A stretch of DNA of 64,000 nucleotides from an uncultured Candidatus Saccharibacteria bacterium (GCA_964558375.1 CAZLCD010000001.1:131406-195405), one strand, 5' to 3'. Shown: positions 46,872 through 56,582, numbered from the stretch's first letter. Numbers and translations: made by a program. Notes: a model not told the origin generated them from the letters alone.

Positions 46872-48782
46872 ATGAAGAAAAAACAAGATTCTGAAGGAAA
46901 AAAGCAAAATAAAAAAGTAAATAAATTTGGTCTACTGAACTCCATCGCTACGGTTTTATTTGTGCTCTTTATTATAACTAGTCTATATTCTGTAGCTGTA
47001 GAGCAACAGGCCAATGTGACAGATATATCATTGTCGGAACTTGTACATGACGTGGGGATGGGTAAGGTGTCGTCTATTGTTGTAAGGGGAGACGATATTG
47101 TTGCTGAGTATGCAGACAAAACTTCAAAGAAAACTAAAAAAGAAACTGACTCTTCTGTCACAGAAACTTTCGCTCGGTACGGACTGACTCCAGAAAAGCT
47201 CAATGCTGTCAAAATAAATGTTGAAGGACCTAGTGGTGCCGGATTTTGGTTCGCGCAGATTTTGCCTTTCTTAGCACCTTTAATTTTCCTTGGTCTTATT
47301 ATCTGGTTTCTATCGAGACAAGTTAAAGGAGCTGGCATGCAAGCTTTTTCTTTCGGTCAAAGCAAGGCTCGTATTACTGCTTCTGACGATAAGAAACAAA
47401 AGGTGACTTTCAAGGATGTGGCTGGAGCAAAAGAAGCCAAGCAAGAACTTTCAGAGATTGTCGACTTCTTAAAGAATCCCAAAAAGTTTCTCGATATCGG
47501 CGCGGTTATTCCAAAAGGGATTTTGCTTATGGGGGCACCAGGAACAGGAAAGACTCTCTTAGCTCGTGCCGTCGCAGGTGAAGCCTCTGTAACTTTCTTT
47601 GCGATTTCTGGTTCAGAATTTGTGGAGATGTTTGTGGGTGTGGGTGCGAGTCGAGTGCGTGATCTTTTTAAAATGGCAAAGCAGGCAGCGCCATCTATTA
47701 TATTCGTAGATGAAATAGACGCAGTAGGAAGGGTTCGTGGTACTGGAGTTGGTGGTGGTAATGATGAGCGCGAGCAGACTCTAAATCAGATTCTTGTAGA
47801 AATGGACGGCTTTGAACCAAACGAAAAGGTGATCGTGATGGCTGCTACAAACAGACCTGATGTTCTTGATCCTGCTTTGCTTCGTCCGGGTCGCTTTGAT
47901 CGTCGTGTGACTATAGATCTTCCAGATCGAGGTGATAGAGAAGAGATTCTAAAAATCCACTCGGCAAAGAAGCCTTTTGCAGAAGATGTAGCTCTTCGTG
48001 TGATAGCTGAGAGAACTCCTGGATTTTCTGGTGCTGATCTTTATTCTCTTATGAATGAAGGAGCTATTCTTGCTGCGCGTGAGAATCGTACAAAGGTATC
48101 CCAATACGACCTCATAAGGGCTATCGAAAAAGTGATGCTTGGTCCTGAAAGAAAAAGTCATTTACTTTCTAAAAAAGAAAAAGAGATCACTGCATATCAT
48201 GAAGCAGGCCATGCTCTTGTTGCGTCTGTCCTACCTTTTGCTGATCCTGTTCACAAAATCTCTATCATTTCTCGTGGTCGTGCAGCTGGTTATACTTTAC
48301 ATTTACCTCTTGAAGATAGAAAAATGCAAAGTAAAAAAGAGTTTCTTGATGATATCTCCGTGTCCCTCGGTGGTTATGTGGTCGAGAAGATGATGTTTGA
48401 CGATGTGACTACTGGTCCTTCAAATGATCTTCAGGTATCTACTGCTCTAGCGCGCGATATGGTTACAAAGTATGGTATGTCAGAAAAGATCGGTGTGCTT
48501 GCTCTAGAAAATTCTGGTGGTCGTGCAATGTTTGGAAAGGGAATAGAGGGTAAAGAATATTCCGAAAAGATCGGTGCAGACATAGACTCTGAAGTAGCAC
48601 GTATTATGGATGAAGCTTATAAAAAAGCTGAGCATATCGTTACCAAACATCGCGTTGCTCTAGACTCCATTGCTAAGAGGCTTATAGAAACTGAAACTAT
48701 AGAGAGAGAAGAATATGAAAGCATCATAATTGCTCATGGTATACAACCAAAGAAGAAGTTGGATATAGAGCATCAGATATGA
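46872..48782 (+). CDS. ftsH: ATP-dependent zinc metalloprotease FtsH
   Basis: Two TMs, [29 protein letters not shown]. Confidence 0.98.
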   Translation: MKKKQDSEGKKQNKKVNKFGLLNSIATVLFVLFIITSLYSVAVEQQANVTDISLSELVHDVGMGKVSSIVVRGDDIVAEYADKTSKKTKKETDSSVTETFARYGLTPEKLNAVKINVEGPSGAGFWFAQILPFLAPLIFLGLIIWFLSRQVKGAGMQAFSFGQSKARITASDDKKQKVTFKDVAGAKEAKQELSEIVDFLKNPKKFLDIGAVIPKGILLMGAPGTGKTLLARAVAGEASVTFFAISGSEFVEMFVGVGASRVRDLFKMAKQAAPSIIFVDEIDAVGRVRGTGVGGGNDEREQTLNQILVEMDGFEPNEKVIVMAATNRPDVLDPALLRPGRFDRRVTIDLPDRGDREEILKIHSAKKPFAEDVALRVIAERTPGFSGADLYSLMNEGAILAARENRTKVSQYDLIRAIEKVMLGPERKSHLLSKKEKEITAYHEAGHALVASVLPFADPVHKISIISRGRAAGYTLHLPLEDRKMQSKKEFLDDISVSLGGYVVEKMMFDDVTTGPSNDLQVSTALARDMVTKYGMSEKIGVLALENSGGRAMFGKGIEGKEYSEKIGADIDSEVARIMDEAYKKAEHIVTKHRVALDSIAKRLIETETIEREEYESIIIAHGIQPKKKLDIEHQI

Positions 48783-48822
48783 TATAAATTATCATGTATG
48801 CAATTAAACAATGCATACAAAT

Positions 48823-48896
48823 GCGCCTGTAGCTCAGTTGGTTAGAGCATCGAGCTTATACCTCGAGGGTCCCACGTTCGAATCGTGGCAGGCGCA
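48823..48896 (+). tRNA. tRNA-Ile, anticodon UAU
   Basis: Acceptor gcgcctg/caggcgc+A; anticodon arm tcgag-cttatac-ctcga; T-loop gttcgaatc; CCA not encoded. Confidence 0.92.
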
Positions 48897-48973
48897 CAAA
48901 AGGCTTGATTTTGATGTGGGGGTGGGTATATAGTGTGTGGTAGTAAACTGCAACAACTTACAACTAAATATTT

Positions 48974-49336
48974 ATGCCAACCGTAAACGTAAAAGTATTG
49001 AAAGCAGACGGCGGTGAAGTTAATTGTTCCTTCGATACAGACTTACTAACTGTGCAAGACTTTGTGGATATTCTAAGTAAAGCTTACACACAAAAGTCCC
49101 TTTTTTCTTTTGAGATGGAACTCTCTAAACTGGAGATTTGTTTCAAATTAATTAACGAAACCCCACCACTTGAAGAGGAAAAATTAAAAGAAATGTTCAG
49201 TCGTGAAAATCGTGGAGTCGTCATTCCTCTTGTTGAATTCGACTCATTCGGGCAATTTATGCAGTATATTGAGATTTCAAGAACAGGTACTTCATTGGCC
49301 AAAGTCAGATTCAGGTTACCCAGCTCACTTATGTGA
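48974..49336 (+). CDS. Orphan hypothetical protein
   Basis: 120 aa; own promoter-like element and terminator tcgccatg/catggcga+T-run (49358-49386). Confidence 0.6.
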   Translation: MPTVNVKVLKADGGEVNCSFDTDLLTVQDFVDILSKAYTQKSLFSFEMELSKLEICFKLINETPPLEEEKLKEMFSRENRGVVIPLVEFDSFGQFMQYIEISRTGTSLAKVRFRLPSSLM

Positions 49337-49384
49337 TACTTCGATTGTTCCCCACCTCGCCATGCGTCTGTCCATGGCGACTTT

Positions 49385-51673
49385 TTATTCCCAATGCTTA
49401 ACATCACTTTCTCTAGCTTTTAAATAATCTTTCACTTGAGGATATTTAATTAAATTTATATCTTCTTCAACCAAGATTTTTGCTTCAGTTCTTGCTGCCT
49501 CTACCATTTTAATATTTTGCAATGCTTCCATAGCTATATCAGACATTCCCCATTGTTTGCCACCAGACAATTCTCCAGATCCTCGAAACTTAAGATCATA
49601 TTCTGCGAGTTCAAATCCATTCTTTGCGGTTTTTAAGGCATTGAGGCGGTCTATCGTCTTGTCAGATTTTGTTTCGGCAAAGACATAACAATAAGCTTGA
49701 TCATTGGAACGGATCACGCGTCCGCGTAGCTGATGTAGCTGTGCCAGGCCGAAACGCTCCGCACCTTCTATGATAATAACGGTGGCGTTCGGCACATTGA
49801 CCCCGACTTCGACTACCGATGTGGCACAAAGAATATTTATTTTGCCCAATTTAAAATCCGCCATCACGCGATCCTTTTCTGCAGGTTTCATTTTGCTATG
49901 AAGTATACCTATTTCATATTCAGGGAAAACTTTACTCTTCAACCTCTTGGCTTCCTCTTTCACTGACTTGGCATTGATCGCTAGTTCTTTGTCTGGATCT
50001 GGTTCATTGATTCTTGGACAGATGACATAGGCTTGTCTTCCCAAATTTAATTCAAGACGAATTTTCTCATAAGTTTCTTCTCTTTTATTTGGTGTTACTA
50101 TATCGGTTATTATAGGTTTTCTGCCATGGGGCATTTGATCTAGTAAAGTAAGGTCTAGGTCGCCATATATTGTCAAAGCCAATGTGCGAGGGATTGGTGT
50201 GGCAGTCATGGATAAGAGATGAGGGACTCTCAGAAAAGAACTATTCTCATCAGCACGCATAAAAGCCTGTTGGCTTTTTGCTATTCTCGGCCCATCGGCC
50301 TGCGAAATGCTTCCTCGAATAGTCTTTTCTGCGAGTCCCTGTATTTCTTTCTGCACTAATGAAGCCCTTTGTTTGAGACCAAAGCGATGTTGTTCATCGA
50401 TGATCACATAAGCTAGATGTTTAAATTTTACAGCTTTCTGTATAAGTGCATGTGTGCCTATGAGGATGGGGATTTCTCCGAGTGCTACCCATTTTAAAAG
50501 TTGTGTGCGAGAAATATCTGTCCAGCCCTTCGGATTTAATTTTGAAGGAAATTTCCTACAGCCACTTCCTGTGATAAGGCCGATTTGAATTCCTAAATAC
50601 GAAAAATATTGAATAAAAGATTCAAAGTGTTGGGTTGCCAATATTTCTGTGGGACACATATAGGCGACCTGAAGGTGGCCGAACTTTCTCTGCACGCCAT
50701 TTTCTTTTGGAGTGGTTGTAACTACGGCGTAGGCAGTAGAGGCGGCTACGGCGGTTTTGCCGGAGCCGACATCTCCTTCAAGTAGTCGAGACATGGCATG
50801 ACCTCTTTTAAAATCTTCTACTATGGTCGCTATAGACTTCCTCTGTGCCTCGGTGGCTTCAAAAGGAAAGCGTTTTATGAACTCATGCATATTTTTCTCT
50901 GATGGTTCAATAATGAAGGCTGGATTTTTCTCATATTGTTTGCGAGTAATCTGCTTTTCTAATTGAATAAAAAATATTTCTTCAAAGGCAAAGCGCTTAC
51001 GTGCAGAAGCTGCATCTTCATTTTTCATGGGCGTATGTATCCAGATCAAGGCGGTCTTGAGACTGGGTAGATTGTATTTTGAGAGAATCTCTTTTGGTAT
51101 CGGATCTGTTATCTGATCCAATATTCCTTCTTTAAAAATTTCGATGATTTTGTGATATATCCAGTTTGAAGTGATACCTCTGGACTCTGGATAAATGGGG
51201 TAGAGGGTATGGTTCTGTCCATCATCTTTAAAAAGTGAATCTCCAACGCCTGTTGGCAATTTATTCACTATCTCTATTTTTGGATTTGAAAAATACAGTT
51301 CCTGAGTTTTTTTTCTTTCCGAAACTTTACCTTCAATCCTCACCAAAGCATTCTCCGCTGTCATCTTCGCAATATATGGTTGATTGAACCAGACGCAATG
51401 TATCTTTCCACTCTCATCTTCTACCCAAGCGTCGGCCATGGCGATTTTTGTTTTGAACCCTTTGCTGGTTTTGAGCTTGGATATTTTTCCAAAAATAACA
51501 GCAGTGTCTCCAGCGACAAGTGAAGAGATGTTTTTGGTTTCGGAAGTGTCTCCATAACGAGCAGGGAAATGATAAAGTAGATCTCGCACAGTCTCTATAC
51601 CGAGCTTTTTTAGAGCGATTTTCTGTGGAGGGATAAGGCGAGCATTGTCTGTAATCAGTGAATCGTATTGCAT
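49385..51673 (-). CDS. recG: ATP-dependent DNA helicase RecG
   Basis: GDVGSGKT, PTEILA.QH, DEQHRFG, MTATPIPRT, GLAQLHQLRGRV, RGSGE. Confidence 0.97.
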   Translation of the reverse strand: MQYDSLITDNARLIPPQKIALKKLGIETVRDLLYHFPARYGDTSETKNISSLVAGDTAVIFGKISKLKTSKGFKTKIAMADAWVEDESGKIHCVWFNQPYIAKMTAENALVRIEGKVSERKKTQELYFSNPKIEIVNKLPTGVGDSLFKDDGQNHTLYPIYPESRGITSNWIYHKIIEIFKEGILDQITDPIPKEILSKYNLPSLKTALIWIHTPMKNEDAASARKRFAFEEIFFIQLEKQITRKQYEKNPAFIIEPSEKNMHEFIKRFPFEATEAQRKSIATIVEDFKRGHAMSRLLEGDVGSGKTAVAASTAYAVVTTTPKENGVQRKFGHLQVAYMCPTEILATQHFESFIQYFSYLGIQIGLITGSGCRKFPSKLNPKGWTDISRTQLLKWVALGEIPILIGTHALIQKAVKFKHLAYVIIDEQHRFGLKQRASLVQKEIQGLAEKTIRGSISQADGPRIAKSQQAFMRADENSSFLRVPHLLSMTATPIPRTLALTIYGDLDLTLLDQMPHGRKPIITDIVTPNKREETYEKIRLELNLGRQAYVICPRINEPDPDKELAINAKSVKEEAKRLKSKVFPEYEIGILHSKMKPAEKDRVMADFKLGKINILCATSVVEVGVNVPNATVIIIEGAERFGLAQLHQLRGRVIRSNDQAYCYVFAETKSDKTIDRLNALKTAKNGFELAEYDLKFRGSGELSGGKQWGMSDIAMEALQNIKMVEAARTEAKILVEEDINLIKYPQVKDYLKARESDVKHWE
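50222..50341. mobile_element. Miniature palindromic element inserted in frame in recG
   Basis: 24/25-bp terminal inverted repeats agggactc.cagaaaaga(a)ctattc, with internal hairpins; adds 39 codons. Confidence 0.7.
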
Positions 51674-51705
51674 TTAGGCATTATACGATATAATCTACTA
51701 ATATT

Positions 51706-51793
51706 GGAACCGTGGTGGAGTGGTCTAACATACCTCTTTGCTAAAGAGGCAGGCCCTTTAAAGGTCTCGAGGGTTCGAATCCCTCCGGTTCCG
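51706..51793 (+). tRNA. tRNA-Ser, anticodon GCU
   Basis: Acceptor ggaaccg/cggttcc+G; cctct-ttgctaa-agagg; long variable arm; CCA not encoded. Confidence 0.93.
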
Positions 51794-51795
51794 CA

Positions 51796-51932
51796 ATAGT
51801 TCTTGAGAATGGCTTTTGCCATTCGAAAGAATTATCGGGAAAACGAGGAGATGAGAAAGCCGGACTGAGCGAAGGCAAAGGAGGCGGGGTCGCAAGCGCT
51901 TTCAGCAGAAAGCGACTTGTGACCGAATCCCT
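51796..51932 (+). repeat. Structured element trailing tRNA-Ser
   Basis: Two long hairpins (51796-51834 and 51888-51924) and a terminal gaatccct that copies the tRNA T-arm. Confidence 0.5.
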
Positions 51933-51989
51933 AATATCAATAAAATAGAGCCACTTCCACTTGGGAAGCAGCTCCGGCTTTTGGATCGC

Positions 51990-52376
51990 CTAGCGACTCG
52001 GTTTACCTTGCATATCATCGGTAACCTCGACGAGATTTTGGCGAGTGACTCCACTAATGATTTCGGCTTCGTCCTCACCAAAACAGAAACACTCACCAAG
52101 CTTTGGATAGCCATGCCTTCTCCACCACCTCGCCGCCCATGGCCGATATCTTTCTAGTGTGATAATTGCTCGATCTTGTGGAACACTGAATCCAAGACGA
52201 TTGTGAGTACGTTCTTTGTCACTTATGGCATCACGCTCAAATTCTCCATCTGGATAGCCAAGGTACGGTTCACATGGAAGAGTCAACCAAAGCCATGCTC
52301 GGCGGACTTCAAAAGGTGCTTCGCCTGCTGGTACTTTTGTGATTCTGATTCGCCCGGTTGCTGATTCATCTGTCAT
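51990..52376 (-). CDS. Hypothetical protein (solo unit)
   Basis: 128 aa with P.GEAP..VR.AW....LP and AA.WW motifs; TTGGCT-17-TAGTAT promoter, AAAGGA RBS, terminator about 51940-51975. Confidence 0.75.
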   Translation of the reverse strand: MTDESATGRIRITKVPAGEAPFEVRRAWLWLTLPCEPYLGYPDGEFERDAISDKERTHNRLGFSVPQDRAIITLERYRPWAARWWRRHGYPKLGECFCFGEDEAEIISGVTRQNLVEVTDDMQGKPSR

Positions 52377-52493
52377 TGTGTAAAGTCCTTTCGGTTAATT
52401 GTTTGTCTAAAGTAGATACTATCAGAATTTTCTGGAATAGCCAAAAATTACCCTAATCGTATAAAAGTACTACGATTGTGGTAAAATAACCCC

Positions 52494-52898
52494 ATGTCTA
52501 CATATAACTGGTACTCACAACTTATCAAACCATCATGGGCTCCACCGAGCTGGCTCTTTGGGCCAGTGTGGACCGTGCTGTATGCGATTATCGCTATCTC
52601 TTTCGGTACAGTTTTTTATAAGGCTTTCACCAAACAAATTCCTTGGATTGTAGCTTTACCTTTTGCACTCAATCTACTTTTCAATTTTATTTTTACTCCA
52701 ATTCAATTTGGTTTAAAAAATAATCTACTTGCATCAATCGACATACTTTTCGTCGTCGGCACACTCGTCTGGGCTCTCTACGCTATCTGGCATGCATCGC
52801 CTGAACTACGCTGGGTCGTCTATGCCAACATCCCTTATCTTCTCTGGGGAACATTTGCTACATGTTTGCAATTAACCATAACTTATTTAAATGCATAA
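52494..52898 (+). CDS. TspO/MBR tryptophan-rich sensory protein
   Basis: WY..L.KPSWAPPSWLFGPVWT.LY, PYLLW..FA..L. Confidence 0.93.
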   Translation: MSTYNWYSQLIKPSWAPPSWLFGPVWTVLYAIIAISFGTVFYKAFTKQIPWIVALPFALNLLFNFIFTPIQFGLKNNLLASIDILFVVGTLVWALYAIWHASPELRWVVYANIPYLLWGTFATCLQLTITYLNA

Positions 52899-52922
52899 AA
52901 ACTATGATTATTTTTATAAACT

Positions 52923-53378
52923 ATGACAAACTCAATATTTGATTTTTTAGGACTTTTTATTTTTATCTCTGGTTTTATTATTGGCCTCGGAGCTGTCACG
53001 GTTATCGATATTCACGGCTTTCTCGGACGAAAATCATCATACTGGACCGAAGCAGCGACGCGAACACATAAGGTTACAAAACCTATGATCTGGGTTGGAA
53101 TCATTCTTGCTATTATTGGTGGTTTGATTTTCTACCGCCATCAGTCTTTCTCGGGTATTCCACTCGTTCATTCAATCTCTGCACTCATCTTAATTGCAAA
53201 TGGATATTTCCTTTCATTCAAAGTTAGTCCGTTTATGTTGCAACGTGAAAAAGAAGGGCGATCTGGAGAATTACTGCCTGCATCATGGCAGAAGAAAATC
53301 ATGATAAGTCTTATTGTTTCAGACATTGGGTGGTGGGGTGGGTTGTTTCTACTTGTTCTATATTTAATTCATCGCTAG
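52923..53378 (+). CDS. Four-TM membrane protein
   Basis: Hydrophobic helices, IGLGA.TV.D motif. Confidence 0.75.
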   Translation: MTNSIFDFLGLFIFISGFIIGLGAVTVIDIHGFLGRKSSYWTEAATRTHKVTKPMIWVGIILAIIGGLIFYRHQSFSGIPLVHSISALILIANGYFLSFKVSPFMLQREKEGRSGELLPASWQKKIMISLIVSDIGWWGGLFLLVLYLIHR

Positions 53379-53384
53379 ATATTT

Positions 53385-53915
53385 ATGACAAATGTTCCAA
53401 AACAAAAACAAGTTGTAGTTAATGATAAAATGCAGAGAGGATACTGCTACGAACTTTCTGAACCTTTTGGTAAAAATTTTGATCCTGCATTCAAGCCGCA
53501 ACTTACCCCAAAAGATATGCTTAAAATCGGTGTATTTGGTGGTGTCTATATGCGTGATTGTACTAATGAATTTCCAAATGACTGGTTTGTAAATGCAAAA
53601 TTCCAGAAAGAGGGAAGCTATGACCATGACCCAAAACTCAATTATTTTGGTGTTAATGCCTCTCAGCCATTATCAGTTTGGAGAAAGAAAGGTTGGATTT
53701 ACAAAGATGATCCGCGAGGATGGTTTCAGTGGTATTGTCGTTATTATATGGGAAGAAGAATCCCTGATGAAGATGCTCGTCAGATAAGAAGATGGAGAGC
53801 TATACAGAGACATATTGCTCAGGTAAAGAAAAATTGTAACGTAGGAGACCATCATTGTCGTCCAAAGCAAAGACAAGCAATCCTACACTGGGCGTATGAT
53901 AGTCGGAAGTTGTAA
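53385..53915 (+). CDS. Conserved Trp/Arg-rich hypothetical protein
   Basis: LTP..ML..GVFGG.Y, DPRGWFQWYCRYY.GRR..ED.RQI.RW, RQ..LHWAY. Confidence 0.8.
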   Translation: MTNVPKQKQVVVNDKMQRGYCYELSEPFGKNFDPAFKPQLTPKDMLKIGVFGGVYMRDCTNEFPNDWFVNAKFQKEGSYDHDPKLNYFGVNASQPLSVWRKKGWIYKDDPRGWFQWYCRYYMGRRIPDEDARQIRRWRAIQRHIAQVKKNCNVGDHHCRPKQRQAILHWAYDSRKL

Positions 53916-53988
53916 GACTTGACAAGTACCAATTTATAATATAATTTATAGGAAACTGCACACACAAAATTAAACAGAAAGACATAGA

Positions 53989-54438
53989 ATGAAAAAAGTA
54001 TTTTTTGGTATTTTTGGTATAATTAAAGAATTCCTGACAGGGGAACCTCGCTGGTTCCACCCCTATGGTGGGAAAGTGTTAGTTGTTGGCGTTAACCAAG
54101 AGTATTACTCACCGAGAAAAGAGTTGATATTGGGACCATTGTCAAACTTGGTTAGCATTAGGATTTGTAAACATCCTTCCAAATCTAATTATCTGATTTC
54201 TTACGAAATTAGTCACCCTAAAGAGCCCTCGACTGATAAAGGGAGGATCGAGATGTCTGATGTTGACTTGAGAAGAGCTTTCGGATTGTCAGAAGACCTC
54301 GATAGTGAACATAAGGTTCCAGGCAAGTTCATTCGTTCCGGTGACTACTTGCATATTATCTCAGGGTCTTCTCAAGACCCTGGTGTCTTCATTCATCTCG
54401 ACAACAAAATTAAAAAAGATGTTGAGATGTTACTCTAA
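53989..54438 (+). CDS. Orphan hypothetical protein
   Basis: 149 aa; TTGACA-17-TAATTT promoter; terminator ggcgaagaa/ttcttcgcc+T-run. Confidence 0.65.
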   Translation: MKKVFFGIFGIIKEFLTGEPRWFHPYGGKVLVVGVNQEYYSPRKELILGPLSNLVSIRICKHPSKSNYLISYEISHPKEPSTDKGRIEMSDVDLRRAFGLSEDLDSEHKVPGKFIRSGDYLHIISGSSQDPGVFIHLDNKIKKDVEMLL

Positions 54439-54507
54439 ACAATCCGAAAAACTTTCGGGGCAAAGGCGAAGAACTAACCATTCTTCGCCCCTCTTTTTTT
54501 ACTAAAA

Positions 54508-54885
54508 TTATTTAATTTCTTGACCCAACTTATTCCACGCTACATAAGAGACTATCAGTATCGCTATCGCAATGACAGCTGGCAGAAGCATGATACCGAA
54601 ACCATCTACAACCCAGATACTTATAAAAGCAGATAGGAAATCAATCATGAACCCTGCATATGCCCACTCTTTAACTCTCTTTGGAACTTGTGGAATGATC
54701 AATGCAAGAGAACCTAAAATTTTAAAGACAGTTAGAAGAGTTACGAAATACAAAGGATAACCCAAATGTGTTATGCCTTGTATAGACATTTCGCTCTGAG
54801 AAGTGAAAGCTGGCATTACTCCTTCGAATAAAAATATTAAACCAGTCGTTACCCAAAAAATTATTTTATATTTTTTCATATTCAT
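54508..54885 (-). CDS. DoxX-like family membrane protein
   Basis: HLGYP.YF, K.LG...L..P, KEWAYAG. Confidence 0.85.
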   Translation of the reverse strand: MNMKKYKIIFWVTTGLIFLFEGVMPAFTSQSEMSIQGITHLGYPLYFVTLLTVFKILGSLALIIPQVPKRVKEWAYAGFMIDFLSAFISIWVVDGFGIMLLPAVIAIAILIVSYVAWNKLGQEIK

Positions 54886-54922
54886 TATTGTAGGGTTTTA
54901 ATAAACTTAATTCAAGTCTCTC

Positions 54923-55609
54923 TCATTTCCAATCAATTTCCTCTAGTTCATGATTCTTCAAATACGCATTCGCTTTACTAAAATGTTTACAACCAAAGAA
55001 TCCACTATAAGCCGAAAAAGGAGAAGGGTGAGCGGCTTCAAGGACTAGATGTTTACTACGATCAATGATCACGCCTTTATTCTTCGCATAATTCCCCCAA
55101 AGCATAAAGACAATATGTTCGCGCTCTTCGGACAAAGCCTTGATCACCGTATCAGTAAATATTTCCCAACCTTTTTTCTGATGAGATCCTGGGGTCTGTG
55201 CACGGACTGTGAGGGTGGCATTTAGAAGAAGCACACCTTGCTTGGCCAAGCGGGTAAGGTCACCACTTTTTTCTGGGATGATTCCTAGATCTGACTCAAT
55301 TTCTTTAAAAATATTTTGCAAAGATGGTGGAAGGGCAATGCTTTCGTCTACAGCAAAGGCTAAACCATTGGCTTGCTTGGAACCATGATACGGGTCTTGG
55401 CCAAGGATCACGACTTTTACTTTATCGAAAGGGCAGAGGTCGAAAGCGCGAAAAATATCTTTCGGAGGAGGATAGATTTTATTTTTTACATATTCCTCTA
55501 GAACAAAATCGGAAAGCTCAATAAAGTAGGGTTTTTCGAATTCTTTATTTAAAACCTTTTTCCAACTAGGCTCAATGCGAATATTTGATTGCATATTAGA
55601 TGTGGGCAT
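54923..55609 (-). CDS. ung: Uracil-DNA glycosylase family 1
   Basis: GQDPYH, PPSL.NI, QGVLLLN, LWG, HPSP.S. Confidence 0.97.
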   Translation of the reverse strand: MPTSNMQSNIRIEPSWKKVLNKEFEKPYFIELSDFVLEEYVKNKIYPPPKDIFRAFDLCPFDKVKVVILGQDPYHGSKQANGLAFAVDESIALPPSLQNIFKEIESDLGIIPEKSGDLTRLAKQGVLLLNATLTVRAQTPGSHQKKGWEIFTDTVIKALSEEREHIVFMLWGNYAKNKGVIIDRSKHLVLEAAHPSPFSAYSGFFGCKHFSKANAYLKNHELEEIDWK

Positions 55610-55645
55610 AAGCTAATCTTAGTGTTTATGTTAGAATCTAACAAT

Positions 55646-56257
55646 ATGAAAGTATTCTATATAATTCTCGGTATTATAGCATTATCCATCGCTTCTTATT
55701 TTATCTTTTTTAAAGAGGATAAAATCACCAATTATCCTTCGCGGGGCACAAACATTATTGCCTTTGGAGATAGTCTAGTGCAAGGAGTCGGCGCGGCTGA
55801 GGGAGCAGACTTTGTATCTCTACTTTCAAAAGAAATAGGAGAGCCTATTGTAAACGCTGGCATTAGTGGCAATACAACTATAGATGGCTTGGCTCGACTT
55901 GAGAAAGATGTTCTGTCCAAGAATCCAAAGATCGTGATCTTACTTCTTGGTGGTAATGATTATCTTCGTAAAATCGACAAGAAAATAACTTTTAATAATC
56001 TGCAAAAAATGGTAGATGAAATACATAAAGCAGGATCAATGGTTCTGCTTCTGGGGGTAAGAGGAGGATTGCTTCGAGATACATATAGAGGAGACTTCGA
56101 TGATTTTGCAAAAAGAAATCATGTGGCCTATGTTCCAAATGTTCTAGATAATATTCTTGGAGACGCCGAGCTAATGGCTGATCAGATCCATCCCAACGCT
56201 TCGGGGTATAAAATTATTGCAGCCAAGGTTGCGTCTGTATTAAGGAAACTGCTATAA
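55646..56257 (+). CDS. SGNH/GDSL arylesterase (TesA-like), membrane-anchored
   Basis: FGDSL, NAGISG.TT, GGND, DQIHPN. Confidence 0.92.
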   Translation: MKVFYIILGIIALSIASYFIFFKEDKITNYPSRGTNIIAFGDSLVQGVGAAEGADFVSLLSKEIGEPIVNAGISGNTTIDGLARLEKDVLSKNPKIVILLLGGNDYLRKIDKKITFNNLQKMVDEIHKAGSMVLLLGVRGGLLRDTYRGDFDDFAKRNHVAYVPNVLDNILGDAELMADQIHPNASGYKIIAAKVASVLRKLL

Positions 56258-56267
56258 TGCCTGTATT

Positions 56268-56582
56268 ATGATAAATACATTATTTGCAAATTCACACGGT
56301 GCTTTTCCAATGTTTGGGCTAGGCTTGGGACTATTCACTATGGGTGCGCTTTTGTTTTTTGTTCTTATGTTAGCTGTAGTTGCTCTCAAAGGCTACGCTC
56401 TATGGCATGCAGCAAAGAGAGATGAAAAGGGTTGGTTTATTGCACTTCTTTTGATCAATACTATCGGAATCTTGGAACTTGTATATCTATACTTTGTTGT
56501 TGGCAAATGGAAAAATCCTTCTAGTGAATCTTCTAGTACGCAATCGTCAAGCACTCCACATCAAGATAGCCAGCCTCAATAA
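56268..56582 (+). CDS. DUF5652-like small membrane protein
   Basis: KG.ALWHAA.R....WF..LL.INT.GILE.VY. Confidence 0.75.
   Translation: MINTLFANSHGAFPMFGLGLGLFTMGALLFFVLMLAVVALKGYALWHAAKRDEKGWFIALLLINTIGILELVYLYFVVGKWKNPSSESSSTQSSSTPHQDSQPQ

Noticed and set aside
50222-50341. Group I/II intron or intein in recG
   Set aside because: Far too short, with no intron core motifs and no Cys/Ser...His-Asn intein ends.
51860-51925. Hammerhead ribozyme (ctgagcga...gaaa)
   Set aside because: Does not match CUGAnGA, and the three-stem junction cannot be built.
45489-52376. Prophage or integrative element at tmRNA or the tRNAs
   Set aside because: No integrase and no long att duplication; only single orphan genes follow.
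1471-55645. Longer upstream starts in the ORF track (1471, 9638, 11754, 13545, 20547, 28570, 35510, 40848, 55589)
   Set aside because: They overlap neighbouring genes; downstream ATGs match family N-termini or promoter spacing.
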